Source: a virus. Taken from it: a DNA stretch of 64,000 bases. The notes beneath the pieces were generated by a model. That model made no database searches. It worked only from the letters and a program-made list of their open reading frames with translations, and had not been told where the DNA came from. This document shows, piece after piece, positions 1 to 10,622 of the stretch (positions are counted from its first letter, which is position 1; each line of letters begins with the position of its first letter). Location of the stretch: positions 92,658-156,657 of IMG/VR virus record IMGVR_UViG_3300044733_003647. The stretch is one strand, 5' to 3'. A program made the position numbers and the translations under genes.

Positions 1-747
1 TTTGCTTCTAATGCAACTGGAGCAATATCACAATATAATCCAGTACCATACAATTTTGATTTCAATCTGTATTTGTATGTACGTAATATTGAAGACGCAA
101 CTCAAGTTATTGAACATATCGTACCATATTTCACACCGGATTATACAGTAAAATTGAATCTGATTCCTGAAATGGGTATCGTGAAAGAAATACCTGTAAT
201 TTTAAATTCTACAGATCACGAAATAGTTTATGAAGGTGATAGAGAACAAGCCACAAGGATGATCATTTGGACTTTAAGGTTCACCGTCAAAGGCTTTATA
301 TTTGGTAAACACACAGAAACAAATTTCATTACACATTCTATTTCTTCAATATACAGTTTAAATTCCACAAATGATGTTGTATCATTTACAATGAATCCAG
401 CCACAGGAAATGGATATTATGGAATAGGAGATGTTGTTTACCAAGGGTATTCTTTTGGTACAGCCACAGCCACTGCAAAAGTTACACAGTGGATACCTTC
501 TCTAAATATTTTGAGACTGACAGATATAAAAGGTAATTTCAATTCAACATCTCCAATTATTTCTGCTCAAACAAATGCAAGTTATACATACACATCGTAC
601 TCACCATTCGAAGGCAAGTATGCACAAATTGATACTGCAACTGCAACATTCGATTTGAATACATATACCATGGACAGCACTGCTGGTGATATTACGATGG
701 ACCTGGATTCAGGTAAATATCCATCATCAATAAGGGAATACAACTAA
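1..747 (+). CDS. gp15: Tail sheath stabilizer/completion protein (5'-truncated by window)
   Basis: Frame open from base 1 (..YNPVPYNFDFNLYLYVRNIED..IVPYFTPDY..WTLRFTVKG); T4 gp15-like motifs; synteny before gp16/17. Confidence 0.85.
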   Translation, partial: FASNATGAISQYNPVPYNFDFNLYLYVRNIEDATQVIEHIVPYFTPDYTVKLNLIPEMGIVKEIPVILNSTDHEIVYEGDREQATRMIIWTLRFTVKGFIFGKHTETNFITHSISSIYSLNSTNDVVSFTMNPATGNGYYGIGDVVYQGYSFGTATATAKVTQWIPSLNILRLTDIKGNFNSTSPIISAQTNASYTYTSYSPFEGKYAQIDTATATFDLNTYTMDSTAGDITMDLDSGKYPSSIREYN

Positions 748-748
748 A

Positions 749-1588
749 ATGGCTCAAGAAGTAATAAACACAGGAACATTACCAAATGATGGTAAGGGCG
801 ATACTTTAAGAATAGCCGGTCAAAAAATAAACAATAACTTTTTTGAGTTATATAATGTCGGCGCCGTAACAGATAACACAGCCAGACAAAGAGCTAACGC
901 AGCTTTCGATACAGCAAACACAAAAATCGCAAAGGCTGGTGATATTGTTACCGGCTCATTGATTTTTAGAACGAATGCAAATAATGCATATCCAAATACA
1001 AGAATAGGTAATATTCAAGAAGCAAACAGTATTGATGTTTTTGCAGGAAATGAAAATGACTTTGCTCAATTAAATTGGGCAAATACAAATTTTGCAATTG
1101 TTGATAGTGTTGGTGTTGTTGCCACTACAGCAAATACTTCTGTTGAATTGAAAGATGAACAGGAATTAGTTTTAGTCAGAGTAAATACACAGAATTGGTC
1201 ATTTACTAGTAATGGAAGAGTAACTGTTTTTGATACTTCAACAGCTGCCAAAACAACTTTGGCTCCAGGTTTTAGAAATGCAATAACAGTAACTTCAAAT
1301 ACACACAACGCATCAAATACAAATGACATTTTATTTTGTGATCCAACCACTGCGGGTGGCAATGTAGTTGTAAATCTTTCAGCCAACGTAGATGCCGGTA
1401 AATGTTATACAATTAAAAATATAAATCCCGGTGGATATAGTGTCAACGTAAGTGGTACGGAAAGAGCTTACCCATACATAGAAGATCCTGATGCTTTAGG
1501 AAATTTTGTGACAAGAGTAAGAATGTCAAACACTGGAGAAGTATACACATGGGTTTTTGATTCCGGAGTCTATAGATACATACAATAA
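749..1588 (+). CDS. Virion structural protein with gp9/gp10-like N-terminus (baseplate/fibre-associated)
   Basis: N-terminal INTGTLPNDGKGDTLRIAGQKINNNFFELY motif typical of T4-like baseplate wedge/fibre connectors. Confidence 0.65.
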   Translation: MAQEVINTGTLPNDGKGDTLRIAGQKINNNFFELYNVGAVTDNTARQRANAAFDTANTKIAKAGDIVTGSLIFRTNANNAYPNTRIGNIQEANSIDVFAGNENDFAQLNWANTNFAIVDSVGVVATTANTSVELKDEQELVLVRVNTQNWSFTSNGRVTVFDTSTAAKTTLAPGFRNAITVTSNTHNASNTNDILFCDPTTAGGNVVVNLSANVDAGKCYTIKNINPGGYSVNVSGTERAYPYIEDPDALGNFVTRVRMSNTGEVYTWVFDSGVYRYIQ

Positions 1589-1591
1589 AAT

Positions 1592-2011
1592 ATGAATACT
1601 TTTGATAAAAATATGGAAAAAATATTTGATGTTACTCCGGTTGAAGTGCCGGAGAAACAATCATTGATACCTGTGAAAAGTGATTCTGAAGAATTGGATT
1701 TGAAACAAGACTTGACAGATGCATACGAACAATCGAAAAGTAATCTTCAAGATATAATCGAACAAGGCAAAGATGCAATGGATGAAATCCTACAGATTGC
1801 AAAAGCAGGTCAGCATCCAAGAGCGTTCGAAGTCTATGGTACTCTACTAAAGAATATGGTAGAAGCCAATGATCGTCTATTAAAAATGCAAAAAGAAATG
1901 CGTGAGATGGACGGAAAGAAAAAAGATAATGGTGATACTAAAATTGACAAGGCTATTTTTGTTGGTTCGACTGCTGAACTATCAAAAATTCTAAAGAATA
2001 ATGGACAATAA
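1592..2011 (+). CDS. gp16: Terminase small subunit
   Basis: HPRAFEV and IFVGSTAEL motifs; directly upstream of large terminase. Confidence 0.9.
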   Translation: MNTFDKNMEKIFDVTPVEVPEKQSLIPVKSDSEELDLKQDLTDAYEQSKSNLQDIIEQGKDAMDEILQIAKAGQHPRAFEVYGTLLKNMVEANDRLLKMQKEMREMDGKKKDNGDTKIDKAIFVGSTAELSKILKNNGQ

Positions 2012-3677
2012 AGATTCTTACCGCGACAATCCGTTATTAAAGAGAGCCGGTGTACAACTAGAATATACTCAAGAACAAATCGATGAGTATATAAAATGTG
2101 CAAAAGATCCAATTTATTTCGCAAAAAATTATGTAAAGATCGTCAACGTTGATGAAGGTCTTATTAATTTTAGGATGTGGCCTTTTCAGGAGAAAATGCT
2201 CAACCTTTTTAAGGACAATCGTTTCGTAATTACAAAATGTCCTCGACAGGTTGGTAAAACCACAACAACGGTTGCATATCTATTACATGCAACATTATTC
2301 CAAGACTCTCAAAACGTTGCCGTTCTTGCCAACAAAGGCTCTCTGGCCAGAGATATTCTTGGTAAATACCAACTTGCGTATGAAAACCTACCAATGTGGT
2401 TACAACAAGGTGTCATCACATGGAATAAGGGTAACGTAGAACTGGAAAACGGTTCAAAGATTATTGCTGCATCCACATCATCAAGTGCTATCCGAGGTGG
2501 TGCATTCAACATCGTATTCTTGGATGAATTTGCGTTCGTTCCACAAAACATTGCTACAGAATTCTTCAACTCTGTTTATCCCGTTATCTCATCCGGTAAG
2601 AAAACAAAGATCATTATTGTTTCTACGCCAAATGGTATGAATCTGTTCTACAAACTCTGGATGGATTCAATCAACAAAAAGAACGATTACGTTTCATTTG
2701 AGATTCACTGGTCAAACGTACCAGGAAGAGATGAAAAGTGGAAAGAAGAAACGATTCGTAACACTTCATTACGTCAGTTCCAACAGGAATTTGAAACTGA
2801 GTTCTTGGGTTCTTCAAACACACTGATCTCCGGTTATAAACTTCAGCAATTGGTGTACAGAGATCCAATTGCTGATCACGACATGTTGAAAATCTATGAA
2901 CATCCGATCAAAGAAATCAACGGGCATCCAAAAGACAATCTGTATGCAATTGTTGTTGATGTGTCGGAAGGTAAAAACTTGGACAGTTCTGCATTCTCTG
3001 TGATTGATATATCTCAGACACCATACAAACAGGTTGCAACGTACAAGAGTTCATCGATTTCACCGATATTGTTCCCGACAGTCATCTATAACGCAGCAAA
3101 GTACTATAACGATGCATACGTTCTGGTAGAAATCAATAACAACCCACAAGTTGCAGACTCACTACATGCAGATTTTGAGTATGAGAACCTATGGAAAGTA
3201 TTCACGGGTAATAAGAAACCACAACAACTATCTGCCGGTTTTGCAAGAGGTGTGCAGATGGGCATTAAAATGTCTCCCCAAGTTAAAGCAATTGGTTGTT
3301 CAAACCTAAAAACTTTGATCGAAGGCGACAAACTTTTAATCAATGACTTTGATACTTATTCCGAACTGACAACTTTTGTTCAACAGAACAATTCATTCAA
3401 AGCGGAAGAAGGTGCAAATGATGACTTAGTTATGGGTCTGGTTATTTTTGCATGGTTAACAACACAAAAATACTTTAAAGAAATCGTTAACCATGATGTT
3501 AGAAAACAAATTCAGTTGGAAAGCATGAACCAGGTAGATGAAGAAACTTTACCTGCACCAATTATTGAAAATGGTTTAGACAACGACTTTGAAATAATGG
3601 GTGGAGATATCTGGGAAGTTGCAAATGGAGGAGAAACATATGCAAACTTCATCAGAAAGACATTAAGTGGTTTATAA
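2001..3677 (+). CDS. gp17: Terminase large subunit
   Basis: Walker A PRQVGKTT, Walker B FLDEFAF, STPNG, C-terminal nuclease DDLVM. Confidence 0.97.
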   Translation: MDNKDSYRDNPLLKRAGVQLEYTQEQIDEYIKCAKDPIYFAKNYVKIVNVDEGLINFRMWPFQEKMLNLFKDNRFVITKCPRQVGKTTTTVAYLLHATLFQDSQNVAVLANKGSLARDILGKYQLAYENLPMWLQQGVITWNKGNVELENGSKIIAASTSSSAIRGGAFNIVFLDEFAFVPQNIATEFFNSVYPVISSGKKTKIIIVSTPNGMNLFYKLWMDSINKKNDYVSFEIHWSNVPGRDEKWKEETIRNTSLRQFQQEFETEFLGSSNTLISGYKLQQLVYRDPIADHDMLKIYEHPIKEINGHPKDNLYAIVVDVSEGKNLDSSAFSVIDISQTPYKQVATYKSSSISPILFPTVIYNAAKYYNDAYVLVEINNNPQVADSLHADFEYENLWKVFTGNKKPQQLSAGFARGVQMGIKMSPQVKAIGCSNLKTLIEGDKLLINDFDTYSELTTFVQQNNSFKAEEGANDDLVMGLVIFAWLTTQKYFKEIVNHDVRKQIQLESMNQVDEETLPAPIIENGLDNDFEIMGGDIWEVANGGETYANFIRKTLSGL

Positions 3678-3750
3678 AAACAATGTTTCATAAATAACCA
3701 TTATGGTATTCAACTGCCAAAAGAACAAATATTAATTCAAGGAGAATAAA

Positions 3751-5439
3751 ATGGCATTTCAAATCTCTCCAGGCGTAAATGTTTCAGAAGTAGACTTAAC
3801 AACAGTAGTCCCTTCTGTACTTACAACCGCCGGTGCTTTTGTTGGAACTTTCGATTGGGGTCCAGCACAAGAAATTAAGTTGATTGACAGTGAAATCACT
3901 TTACTCAAAACTTTTGGTCAACCAAGTTCAAACTCTGCTGTATCTTTCTTTTCAGCAGCAAACTTTTTGGCATATGGAAATAACTTAAGTGTTGTCCGTG
4001 CTGTTGGTGCAAACTGTTTCAATTCTTGCGTAACATCAGCTGCGGCCGTTAAAGTTAACAACGAATCTGCGTTCCAAGAATCTTATCTAAGCGCAAATAC
4101 AAACACTTTTGGTTCTTTCATGGCCAGATTCCCTGGCGTATTAGGCAATTCTCTAAACGTTTCTGTTTGTTCAAGCAGCACACAATTCAGTACATGGGAT
4201 TATAAGTCTTATTTCACATCAGCACCAGGCACATCTGATTACACAACTTCTTTAGGTGGTTCAAATGATGAACTGCACGTTGTTGTTGTCGATGAAGATG
4301 GTCTGTTTACGGGTATCAAAGGTACCGTGTTAGAAACATTCCCATTTGTTTCAAAAGCATCAGACGCAAAGATTAATGGTCAATCAAACTACTACAAACA
4401 AGTAATTTTTGATACATCAAGCTATGTGTATGCAGTTGCACCTGTAGATTTCTCAAACACTGTGACAACATGGGGCACAACAGCTGCAAATAAAACTTTC
4501 GCCAATGCGTTAAACACATACCAATCTTTGGGTGGCGGAAATGATGAACTGCCATCAACTGCTAATCTGCAAACAGCGTGGGATTTATTTGGAAACAAAG
4601 ACACTGTTGACATATCTCTAGTTGTTACCGGTGATGCAAGCACAACAGTTCAACAATACATAATTGATAACGTTGTTAATGCTCGTAAAGACTGTGTTGC
4701 TTTCATTTCACCAGCAGAAACAGATGTTGTAAGTGAAACAGATTCAACTGCAACAACAAATATTACCACATGGTTGTCAACACTGTCACGTTCTTCATCA
4801 TATGTTGTTGCCGATTCTGGTTGGAAATACCAGTTCGACAAATACAATAACGTATATCGTTGGATTCCACTGAACGGTGATATTGCTGGTCTGTGTGTAT
4901 ACACCGACAACGTAACAGATCCTTGGTTCTCTCCAGCAGGTTACAACCGTGGTGCCATCAAGAACGTTATCAAACTGGCTTGGAACCCACCAAAAACATA
5001 TCGTGACACACTATATGCAGCAGGTGTAAACCCAGTTGTTTCCTTCCCAGGTCAAGGAACCATATTGTTTGGTGACAAAACACTGTTGAACAAACCTTCA
5101 GCATTTGATCGTATCAATGTGCGTAGATTGTTTATTGTTCTGGAAAAGGCAATCTCTGAGGCATCTAAGTTCTCACTGTTCGAATTGAATGATGAATTCA
5201 CAAGATCACAATTTGTGTCTCTGATTACTCCATTCTTACGTGACATTCAAGGTCGCCGTGGTATCGTTGACTTTAAAGTTGTTTGCGATGCAACAAATAA
5301 TACACCACAAGTTATTGATAACAATCAATTCGTTGGTGATATTTACATTAAGCCTGCTCGTTCAATTAACTACATTCAATTGAATTTTGTTGCTGTTGCT
5401 ACGGGTGTTGAGTTTAACACAGTTGTTGGTGCAGCTTAA
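3751..5439 (+). CDS. gp18: Tail sheath protein
   Basis: SPGVNVSEVD start, WFSPAGYNRG, FDRINVRRLF, YIKPARSIN. Confidence 0.97.
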   Translation: MAFQISPGVNVSEVDLTTVVPSVLTTAGAFVGTFDWGPAQEIKLIDSEITLLKTFGQPSSNSAVSFFSAANFLAYGNNLSVVRAVGANCFNSCVTSAAAVKVNNESAFQESYLSANTNTFGSFMARFPGVLGNSLNVSVCSSSTQFSTWDYKSYFTSAPGTSDYTTSLGGSNDELHVVVVDEDGLFTGIKGTVLETFPFVSKASDAKINGQSNYYKQVIFDTSSYVYAVAPVDFSNTVTTWGTTAANKTFANALNTYQSLGGGNDELPSTANLQTAWDLFGNKDTVDISLVVTGDASTTVQQYIIDNVVNARKDCVAFISPAETDVVSETDSTATTNITTWLSTLSRSSSYVVADSGWKYQFDKYNNVYRWIPLNGDIAGLCVYTDNVTDPWFSPAGYNRGAIKNVIKLAWNPPKTYRDTLYAAGVNPVVSFPGQGTILFGDKTLLNKPSAFDRINVRRLFIVLEKAISEASKFSLFELNDEFTRSQFVSLITPFLRDIQGRRGIVDFKVVCDATNNTPQVIDNNQFVGDIYIKPARSINYIQLNFVAVATGVEFNTVVGAA

Positions 5440-5465
5440 TAAATAAACAATAACGGGAGAAAAAA

Positions 5466-6047
5466 ATGGCATTTAATGTAGCAGAATTCAGATCAAACAT
5501 GATTGGTGACGGCGCACGTGCCAATCTGTTTTCTGTAGACATGATTCTACCAAGCTATGCACTATCTGCACAAGCTGCAACAAACAAAGTCAGATTCATG
5601 GCCAAGTCGGCACAGTTACCTGGTTCCACAATCGGAACAGTACCTATGTTCTACTTTGGTCGTGAAATGAAATTTGCTGGTAACAGATCATTTGCAGATT
5701 GGACAATTACGATTGTTAATGATGAAGACTTCCTGATCAGAAATGCAATGGAAAGTTGGATGAATGCAATCAACAATCACAGATCAAACACAAGAGCTGG
5801 CGTTGCACTAAGAAATGGTTCTGGTCCAGCAACAACCGTTGGTGGTTATACAACTGACGCAAATGTTGTGCAGTATGGCAAAACAGGAAATACTTTAAAG
5901 AATTATAACTTTGTTGGTATCTTCCCAATCGACATATCTGCAATCGACTTAGACTGGGGTTCAAACGATGCTATCGAAGAATTCACAGTAACATTTGCTT
6001 ATCAGTATTGGGAAACCAATTCCACTCCTCCTGGCGCAGTAGGTTAA
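5466..6047 (+). CDS. gp19: Tail tube protein
   Basis: GARANLF, GREMKFAGNRSFADW, IEEFTVTFAYQYW; follows sheath. Confidence 0.95.
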   Translation: MAFNVAEFRSNMIGDGARANLFSVDMILPSYALSAQAATNKVRFMAKSAQLPGSTIGTVPMFYFGREMKFAGNRSFADWTITIVNDEDFLIRNAMESWMNAINNHRSNTRAGVALRNGSGPATTVGGYTTDANVVQYGKTGNTLKNYNFVGIFPIDISAIDLDWGSNDAIEEFTVTFAYQYWETNSTPPGAVG

Positions 6048-6070
6048 AGTGGTTAAATATTGATTTAAAC

Positions 6071-6097
6071 GGAAGAGCTGCAAAGCTCTTCCACTTA
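6071..6097 (+). terminator. Stem-loop after gp19 (probable terminator or processing hairpin)
   Basis: GGAAGAGC-tgcaaa-GCTCTTCC inverted repeat; U-tract is weak. Confidence 0.5.
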
Positions 6098-6132
6098 TGA
6101 TTAGTTGATTTTATTATTAATTTTTAAAAAAC

Positions 6133-7860
6133 ATGGCCGATACAAATAAATTTTCACTTTTTGGTTTTACAATCTCACGTGATAAGAGAGAACAGCAAGA
6201 TGTTCTCCAGCAATCTTTTGCGCCTCCGGCAGCAGATGATGGCGCATTAACTATTTCATCAGCCGCTTATTATGGTACATATGTTGACTTAGACGGTACC
6301 GCAAAGAACGAAGTAGAACTGATTTCTAGATATCGCGAAATGTCAATGCAACCAGAAATCGAATCTGCGATTGATGACATAGTTAATGAAGCTATTTGCC
6401 AAGACGATGATGGCAAAATTATCAATATCGTTTTAGACAACCTAAAACAACCCGATAGAATCAAAAAAGCTTTAAAAGAAGAGTTCAACATCATTCTTAA
6501 ATTGTTGAACTACAACAATATGGCTCACGATATCTTCCGTAGATATTATGTTGATGGTAGAATGTATTACCACATCATCATTGATAAAGAAAATCCTGCT
6601 GAAGGTATTAAAGAATTAAGATATATTGATCCACGTAAACTACGCAAGGTTCGTGAAATCAAAAAACAAAAGGATGAAAGAACTGGTGCAGAGATAATGG
6701 CCACGGTCAATGAGTATTATCTCTATAATGACAAGGTTGTCACTGGAAGTTCTTCCAACTATGGACCTGTTGGTGTTCGTATCACGACAGACTCTATTAT
6801 CTCCGTAGTCTCAGGACTCATGGATTCACGCCGTGCAGTTGTTTTAAGTTACCTACACAAGGCAATTAAACCATTGAACCAGTTGCGTATGATTGAAGAC
6901 GCAACGGTTATCTACCGTATCTCTAGAGCGCCAGAACGCCGTATCTTCTATATTGACGTAGGCAATTTACCAAAGTTAAAAGCAGAACAATACCTGCGTG
7001 ACATTATGGTCAAATACAAAAACAAACTTGTGTATGACGCAAACACTGGTGAAATCCGTGACGACAGAAAATTCTTATCCATGATGGAAGACTTCTGGTT
7101 GCCACGTAGAGAAGGTGGTAAGGGTACAGAAATCACTACACTACCAGGCGGTCAAAACCTGGGTGAACTGGAAGACGTTAAGTATTTCCAGAAAAAACTA
7201 TACGGTGCTTTGAACGTTCCAGTTTCTAGATTGGAAACAAACCAGAGTTTTTCTCTAGGTCGTTCATCAGAAATTACACGTGATGAAATTAAGTTCTCTA
7301 AGTTTGTTGCACGTATGCGTAACAAGTTTTCGGATGTTTTTGACCAAGCAATGCGTGTTCAGTGCGTATTAAAAGGTATTTGTACCGCTGAAGAGTGGGA
7401 TACTTTCAAAGAAAACATCTATTTCGATTTCATCCAAGACAATAACTTCACAGAACTCAAAGATGCAGAGTTAATGAGAGAAAGACTTTCGTTACTGCAA
7501 TCTGTGGATCCTTATACAGGTCGTTACTTCTCACAGAAGTGGATTCAACAAAACGTGTTGCGTCTGACAGATGATGAAATTAAAGACATGCAAGATCAAA
7601 TCGATCTGGAAAAAGAACAAGGTTTAGGATTACCAGTTGAGGTAACAAACTCAGTTGCACAACAGCAAATGGCAGGTGACATTCAAACGCAACAGCAGTT
7701 GCAAATGGCACAAGGTCAAGCTGAGATACAACAAGATATGCAACCACAAGAGCAAACGCCTGTGGCAAATAATTCAAGTGACAAAAAGAAACAAACCAAT
7801 TCTAGAGCCGACTTGAGTTTAGAAAATACTACATTTACTAAATTGAAACGTATATTATAA
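6133..7860 (+). CDS. gp20: Portal protein
   Basis: IYRISRAPERRIFYIDVGNLP, EDFWLPRREGGKGTEITTLPGG. Confidence 0.97.
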   Translation: MADTNKFSLFGFTISRDKREQQDVLQQSFAPPAADDGALTISSAAYYGTYVDLDGTAKNEVELISRYREMSMQPEIESAIDDIVNEAICQDDDGKIINIVLDNLKQPDRIKKALKEEFNIILKLLNYNNMAHDIFRRYYVDGRMYYHIIIDKENPAEGIKELRYIDPRKLRKVREIKKQKDERTGAEIMATVNEYYLYNDKVVTGSSSNYGPVGVRITTDSIISVVSGLMDSRRAVVLSYLHKAIKPLNQLRMIEDATVIYRISRAPERRIFYIDVGNLPKLKAEQYLRDIMVKYKNKLVYDANTGEIRDDRKFLSMMEDFWLPRREGGKGTEITTLPGGQNLGELEDVKYFQKKLYGALNVPVSRLETNQSFSLGRSSEITRDEIKFSKFVARMRNKFSDVFDQAMRVQCVLKGICTAEEWDTFKENIYFDFIQDNNFTELKDAELMRERLSLLQSVDPYTGRYFSQKWIQQNVLRLTDDEIKDMQDQIDLEKEQGLGLPVEVTNSVAQQQMAGDIQTQQQLQMAQGQAEIQQDMQPQEQTPVANNSSDKKKQTNSRADLSLENTTFTKLKRIL

Positions 7861-7870
7861 GGAGATAGAG

Positions 7871-8062
7871 ATGAGCGAAGTAACAAGAAACATAGTTGAT
7901 TTGGCAGATGAAGGTGATGCAAAGAATATGCGTGATGCATTGTATGCAGCCATTCAAGATAGAGTAATGGCACATATAGATTCTCACAAACAGAGTATTG
8001 CAAAAACATTAATTGCACCAGAAGAATCGGAAGATTCAACTGATGCGGTTGAAAACGCTTAA
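7871..8062 (+). CDS. Small acidic prohead core protein (gp67-like position)
   Basis: Good SD (AAGGAG); acidic; located between gp20 and gp21. Confidence 0.55.
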   Translation: MSEVTRNIVDLADEGDAKNMRDALYAAIQDRVMAHIDSHKQSIAKTLIAPEESEDSTDAVENA

Positions 8063-8090
8063 ATACCTCAAATAATACTAGGGATAAAAA

Positions 8091-8636
8091 ATGGCCAACA
8101 AATATTCTTATCAAGTACTAAAGGACGACACACAATTTGCAGTCATCAAACTGACAGCAGATTTTGACGGTACTGGCCAAGAGAACAATACAGCAAGAAT
8201 TGCCGCAAACACTCTTTATGGTGCTTTGGCAACAAACGGTTTCTTAGTTGCAAATTCTCAAGGCGGCGCAGCAAACACAACACTATCATATTACGGTTTA
8301 AATGTGAATCGTATTTGGTATGATACAGATGGAGCAACAGGTGATGTTCAATTGTATTGGTCAAATACCGCAAGTGCATTAGCTAATGCAGGTGTACCAA
8401 TCATGTTCTTACAGGGTAATGGTGAATATGATGCCGGTGGAAACTGGATCACTATCAGAAATCCCAATAGAACATCATTTAACAATGGGGACATTGGCAT
8501 AGTTACAAGAGGTCAAGTTGCAAATTCAAGTTACACAATTATTCTAGAATTGCGTAAAGAAAACGAATACTACCAGCGCGGTCAGTTCAACGATCCTGCT
8601 GCATTCAACTACGGCGAATATTCGATCCGTCCATAA
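8091..8636 (+). CDS. Hypothetical virion protein
   Basis: 181-aa ORF in head operon with late-promoter-like TAAATA upstream. Confidence 0.55.
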   Translation: MANKYSYQVLKDDTQFAVIKLTADFDGTGQENNTARIAANTLYGALATNGFLVANSQGGAANTTLSYYGLNVNRIWYDTDGATGDVQLYWSNTASALANAGVPIMFLQGNGEYDAGGNWITIRNPNRTSFNNGDIGIVTRGQVANSSYTIILELRKENEYYQRGQFNDPAAFNYGEYSIRP

Positions 8637-8648
8637 TAAGGTAATAAA

Positions 8649-9293
8649 ATGAAACTTATTAAAGAAATTACCGAGTCCGTAAATTACTTAACGGAAGAAA
8701 AAGATGGAAAGAAAACGCTTTTCATTGAGGGTCCTTTCCTCGTTTCCGAAAGAACAAACAAAAATGGACGCATGTATAAAGAAGAAACTATGCGTAAAGA
8801 AGTTTCTCGTTATACAGAAGAATACATCAATAAAAATCGTGCCTTCGGTGAACTGGGGCATCCAGATACACCTTCAATCAATCTCGACCGTGTCTCTCAC
8901 TTAATTGTGGGTCTACGTCAAGAAGGAAATGATTGGATAGGCAAAGCTAAAATTCTTGAAACACCAATGGGTAACATTGCAAAGAATCTGATCGAAGGCG
9001 GCGCACAACTAGGTGTGTCTTCTCGCGGTATGGGTTCTCTGAAAGCTGTCAATGGTGTTAACATAGTTCAAGATGACTTTCATCTGGCCACAGCGGCAGA
9101 TATTGTAGCAGATCCTTCTGCGCCTGGAGCTTTTGTTCAAGGTATTATGGAAGGTAAAGAATGGGTGTTCGTTAACGGAATTTGGACTGAACAACATATC
9201 GAAGAGTCGAAAAAACTAATTCAAAAAGTTTCTCGTAAAGATGTTGAAAAAGTAAGTTTACAAATTTTCGAAAACTTCATCAAAAAACTTTAA
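8649..9293 (+). CDS. gp21: Prohead core protease
   Basis: GELGHP, LGVSSRGMGSL, DIVADPSAPGAF. Confidence 0.96.
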   Translation: MKLIKEITESVNYLTEEKDGKKTLFIEGPFLVSERTNKNGRMYKEETMRKEVSRYTEEYINKNRAFGELGHPDTPSINLDRVSHLIVGLRQEGNDWIGKAKILETPMGNIAKNLIEGGAQLGVSSRGMGSLKAVNGVNIVQDDFHLATAADIVADPSAPGAFVQGIMEGKEWVFVNGIWTEQHIEESKKLIQKVSRKDVEKVSLQIFENFIKKL

Positions 9294-9294
9294 T

Positions 9295-9302
9295 TATAAA
9301 TA
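9295..9302 (+). promoter_or_regulatory. T4-type late promoter (TATAAATA) for gp22
   Basis: Exact TATAAATA 30 nt upstream of gp22 ATG; gp55 encoded in window. Confidence 0.8.
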
Positions 9303-9331
9303 TCCAATATAAAATCAAGGAGATTCTCAAA

Positions 9332-10582
9332 ATGGGAAAATTTAATCTGACAGAAGCCGCTAAAGACATTTTGCAAGGCAACGTATCTGCAAAACACGGT
9401 GGCCAAGATGCACCACAAAAACTAAGTGGCGCAGTTGCTTATGGTACAAAAGAAGCTGGCGAAGTTGCTGGTGTCGTTGACAAACAAGACGACGATAAGC
9501 CAGATTATACAAAAGGCACACCAAGTGCTACACCTCCTGGTGCTACACCTCCTGTCGGTGCTCAGCCTGGTGGCAAGTTGTCTGGCCCAGCAGAAACAGA
9601 AGGCCGTAAAGATTTGGCACAAACTGTTCAAGCAGATGCCACAGAATACGCTTCAATCCGTGACCGCGTAAAAGCTCGTCTGGCTACACAAACAATGCAA
9701 TCAAATCCTGGCGCAGTTTTTCATGCCGTTCCAGAAGAAACAGAAGTTGATTCTGAAGTTATTGCAGAAGCCGAAAAAGAAGGCCATGAGGACGAAGCTC
9801 AAGACAAAGCAATGATCAAGAAGATGATGAAGAAACAAAAAATGAAAGAAGACATGGACGCTGACGTTGATGCACTTCTTTCTGGTGAAAATCTCTCTGA
9901 AGAATTCAAAGAGAAAGCACAAACAATTTTTGAAGCTGCCGTTATTGCACGTTCACACGCAATCGTTGAAGAAGTTGAAGAAGCTCTGTACGAAGAGTTC
10001 GAACTGGCTGTTGAAGAAGTCAAAGATGAACTGGCAACAAAGCTTGATGATTACATCAACTATATGGCAGAAGAGTGGGTCAAAGAGAACCAACTGGCAA
10101 TCGAAAAAGGTCTGCGCGCCGAAATCGTTGAAGATTTCATCCGTGGATTACACGACCTGTTCAAAGAACACTATATCGATATTCCAGAAGAAAAAGTGGA
10201 TGTTGTCGAAGAACTGACAAACAAAGTTGAAGAACTTGAAGCCACAATCAGCGAACAGATCGAATCTGCTGTTCAGTTGAAGAAGGAATTAAACGAACAC
10301 AAAAAGAATGAGGCTATACATGCAGTATGTGAGGGCCTAACGCAGACTCAAGTGGAAAAAATGAAATCACTCGCAGAGAGTGTTGACTTTACCACTGACG
10401 AAGATTTCGCGGACAAACTAGTTACACTGAGACAATCATATTTCAGTGCATCAGTTAAAACTGCGGACAGTTCTGCTCTGAATGAAGCGGTGGAGATCGA
10501 GGAAGAAAAGAAGGAACAACCTTCGGCCGATCCAATGATCAACATGTATGCAAAAACAATCTCAAAAACATTGGCTAAATAA
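9332..10582 (+). CDS. gp22: Prohead core scaffold protein
   Basis: LSEEFKEKAQTIFEAAV, LDDYINYMAEEW; acidic coiled coil between gp21 and gp23. Confidence 0.92.
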   Translation: MGKFNLTEAAKDILQGNVSAKHGGQDAPQKLSGAVAYGTKEAGEVAGVVDKQDDDKPDYTKGTPSATPPGATPPVGAQPGGKLSGPAETEGRKDLAQTVQADATEYASIRDRVKARLATQTMQSNPGAVFHAVPEETEVDSEVIAEAEKEGHEDEAQDKAMIKKMMKKQKMKEDMDADVDALLSGENLSEEFKEKAQTIFEAAVIARSHAIVEEVEEALYEEFELAVEEVKDELATKLDDYINYMAEEWVKENQLAIEKGLRAEIVEDFIRGLHDLFKEHYIDIPEEKVDVVEELTNKVEELEATISEQIESAVQLKKELNEHKKNEAIHAVCEGLTQTQVEKMKSLAESVDFTTDEDFADKLVTLRQSYFSASVKTADSSALNEAVEIEEEKKEQPSADPMINMYAKTISKTLAK

Positions 10583-10622
10583 ATAAAATTTACCAATATT
10601 AGAAACTCACAAGGAGAAATCA